A DNA stretch of 64,000 nt from positions 863 to 64,862 of the forward strand of contig NW_021833783.1 in assembly GCF_006345805.1 (NCBI RefSeq), in the 5' to 3' direction. The DNA is from Octopus sinensis. Taxonomy: Eukaryota. The notes under the pieces are model-generated. The model was not told where the DNA came from and made no database searches. It saw only the letters and a list, made by a program, of their open reading frames with translations. Below, in pieces: positions 62,302 to 64,000 of the stretch. The position numbers were made by a program, and so were the translations under genes. Numbering within the stretch: position 1 is the first letter of the stretch; the number at the start of each line of letters is the position of its first letter.

Positions 62302-62420
62302 TAATAATAATGATAATAACAACAAGAAAAATAAGCACACATAATATGGGTACACGCATACATACACCCTTATATATGCATCTCTCCCTCCCTCTCTCCC
62401 ACTTTATATACATATATGCA

Positions 62421-62482
<62 letters not shown>

Positions 62483-62500
62483 ACACACACACACACATAC

Positions 62501-63075
62501 ACAGGGTATGATGGATGAATTGTCACCATTTTATATTTTTAATTTCGCGCGTGCGCATTCTTTGTTTTTGATTTTGTCTACTACACAGTATAGTAGGGTC
62601 AGTTGGGTACCAGCATCATGACGCAATTCATTCTGCTAGAATTTTCGAAATGACATGCTGTACTGCTTAGCAGTCACGCCAGAAGCTCCAACGTGAACAC
62701 AAGGAACAACCGTTGGCTTGCCTTATCCCCAAAACATGTACCGAGATCGATGAAAATCAAAAATCCAATTAGCATCATGGTGTTTGGAGTAATCACTAGT
62801 GATGGCAACATTATGCCTCCATTCATCTTCCCACACGGCCTCAGAATCAACACGGAGGCCTACATCAAGTGCCTGGAGGAGGTAGTGCTGCCCTAGGTGA
62901 AGAGGGTGGTCATTACAAGACCCTATGTCTGGTAACAGGATTCTGCCCCATGCTACAAAAGCAGCAAAATCCAGTAAGGGCTATCAGATAATTTCTGTGA
63001 CCACTTCACCCCAGACTGCAACCCCCTTGGTTATTTATGTGTGGGGCGCAGTTGAGCGAGAGACCAACAAAACTC
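62501..63075 (+). pseudogene. Internally deleted maT/DD37D-like transposon
   Basis: Left end acagggtatgatggatgaattgtc; NTRNNRWLA..IMVFGVITSDGNIMPPFIFPHGLRINTEAYIKCLEEVVLP..W*QDSAPC..PDCNPL. Confidence 0.8.
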
Positions 63076-63143
63076 ATCGATCGACCAGAAGTGTTGCTGA
63101 AGTCCCTCTGCATCGCACCTGTGTAGGGGTTTTATACAACAGC

Positions 63144-63207
63144 CTCGGGCCGACCGAAGCCTTGTCTGTGAATTTGGTAGACGGTAACTGAAAGAAGCCC
63201 GTCGTAT
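63144..63207 (+). mobile_element. SINE A internal fragment
   Basis: cctcgggccgaccgaagccttg...actgaaagaagcccgtcg. Confidence 0.75.
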
Positions 63208-63546
63208 ATGTATATATATATATATATATTATATATATATACGGTTAAGTAATTGAGATTCAAGTGAATTCTAAAGAATTCACATGAATAAGGTCCTTAA
63301 CTAGGATGCACCGGAAATCTATATGGTGTACAATACGACAAGTGGGGTGATTACAAATAGGAAAAAAGCAACAAGAATGGATTAAAATCTCGGTACGATC
63401 GTTTCGTACGGGACATCTTTAATAAGCTACAAAAAATGCAGTGAATACAGATGGCTCGTACTCGTCAGCCGAAAAAACATCAGAGAATTCCCAAACATCA
63501 AAAGGGGTAGATACAAAAGAGGTTGTAAGATTAACTGCATTGAAGA

Positions 63547-64000
63547 AAGTTCGATTCATGGAGATCCGATGAAAGGTTTTAAACTTACAGAATTTGTGCA
63601 TGTCTACATTATAGTCATATTGAATTTTTAATCAAGTTGTGTGAAGAAATTTTCGGATACAGTCATGCAAATTTCTGAAAATCGAGTAGTAAGAGGCAAA
63701 GTGACTGCATATCATGTAGAGGAAAGTCTGAGTAAAAGCAAGGTGACTGTCATATCGTGTAGAGGAAGAGATTGTTTTGAAATTTACAAGAATCGCAGAT
63801 AAGTTCGATTCTTGGAGATCCGATGAAAAGTCTTGACTTACAGAATATGTGCCATGTCCTTATAATTCATAATCCAGTTTTGTGAAGAGATTTAGGGTAC
63901 AAATCATGCGAAAATATCAGGGAATCCGAATGAGAAGCAAATGACAGTCTTATATTGTAGAGGTGCAGGTTTTTAATGAATTTTACAGAATCACAGAATA
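63547..64000. repeat. Diverged tandem repeat, period about 254 bp, running off the window
   Basis: aagttcgattc(a/t)tggagatccgatgaaa at 63547 and 63801; downstream blocks also align. Confidence 0.8.

Noticed and set aside
61285-63420. GAAACGATCGT palindromic stem-III-like motifs on the minus strand near 61290 and 63400
   Set aside because: Core and stem I too degraded to call a hammerhead

Overview
A 64-kb, AT-rich, repeat-saturated eukaryotic (animal) genomic segment with no host protein-coding gene that I can support. The tRNA-derived SINE families and very high (TA)n/(CATA)n/(GAA)n microsatellite density match what I recall of octopus (coleoid cephalopod) genomes; this is an unverified inference. 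Content: (i) about 40 copies or fragments of four tRNA-headed SINE groups (my labels A-D), with heads and 3' tails in mixed combinations, several with 10-15 bp target-site duplications and four closely spaced inverted pairs; (ii) a full-length but inactivated 1.27-kb mariner with 30-bp TIRs, plus other mariner/maT fragments, MITEs and Helitron-type ends; (iii) decayed non-LTR fragments: CR1/Jockey-type RT, a Tx1/L1-type 3' end, two RLE-type fragments and a Penelope-like GIY-YIG fragment; (iv) many microsatellites, which account for nearly all low-complexity ORFs in the track. The most interesting signal is a set of about seven minimal type-I hammerhead-ribozyme-like motifs, mostly carrying 1-3 core mutations. 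They lie in short insertions between TA microsatellites; one is downstream of the GIY-YIG fragment and one is in the loop of a 102-bp inverted repeat. This points to a Penelope-like/hammerhead small-element system. Also notable: a SINE 3' tail matching the Tx1-type LINE 3' end, and a 137-bp near-perfect foldback.
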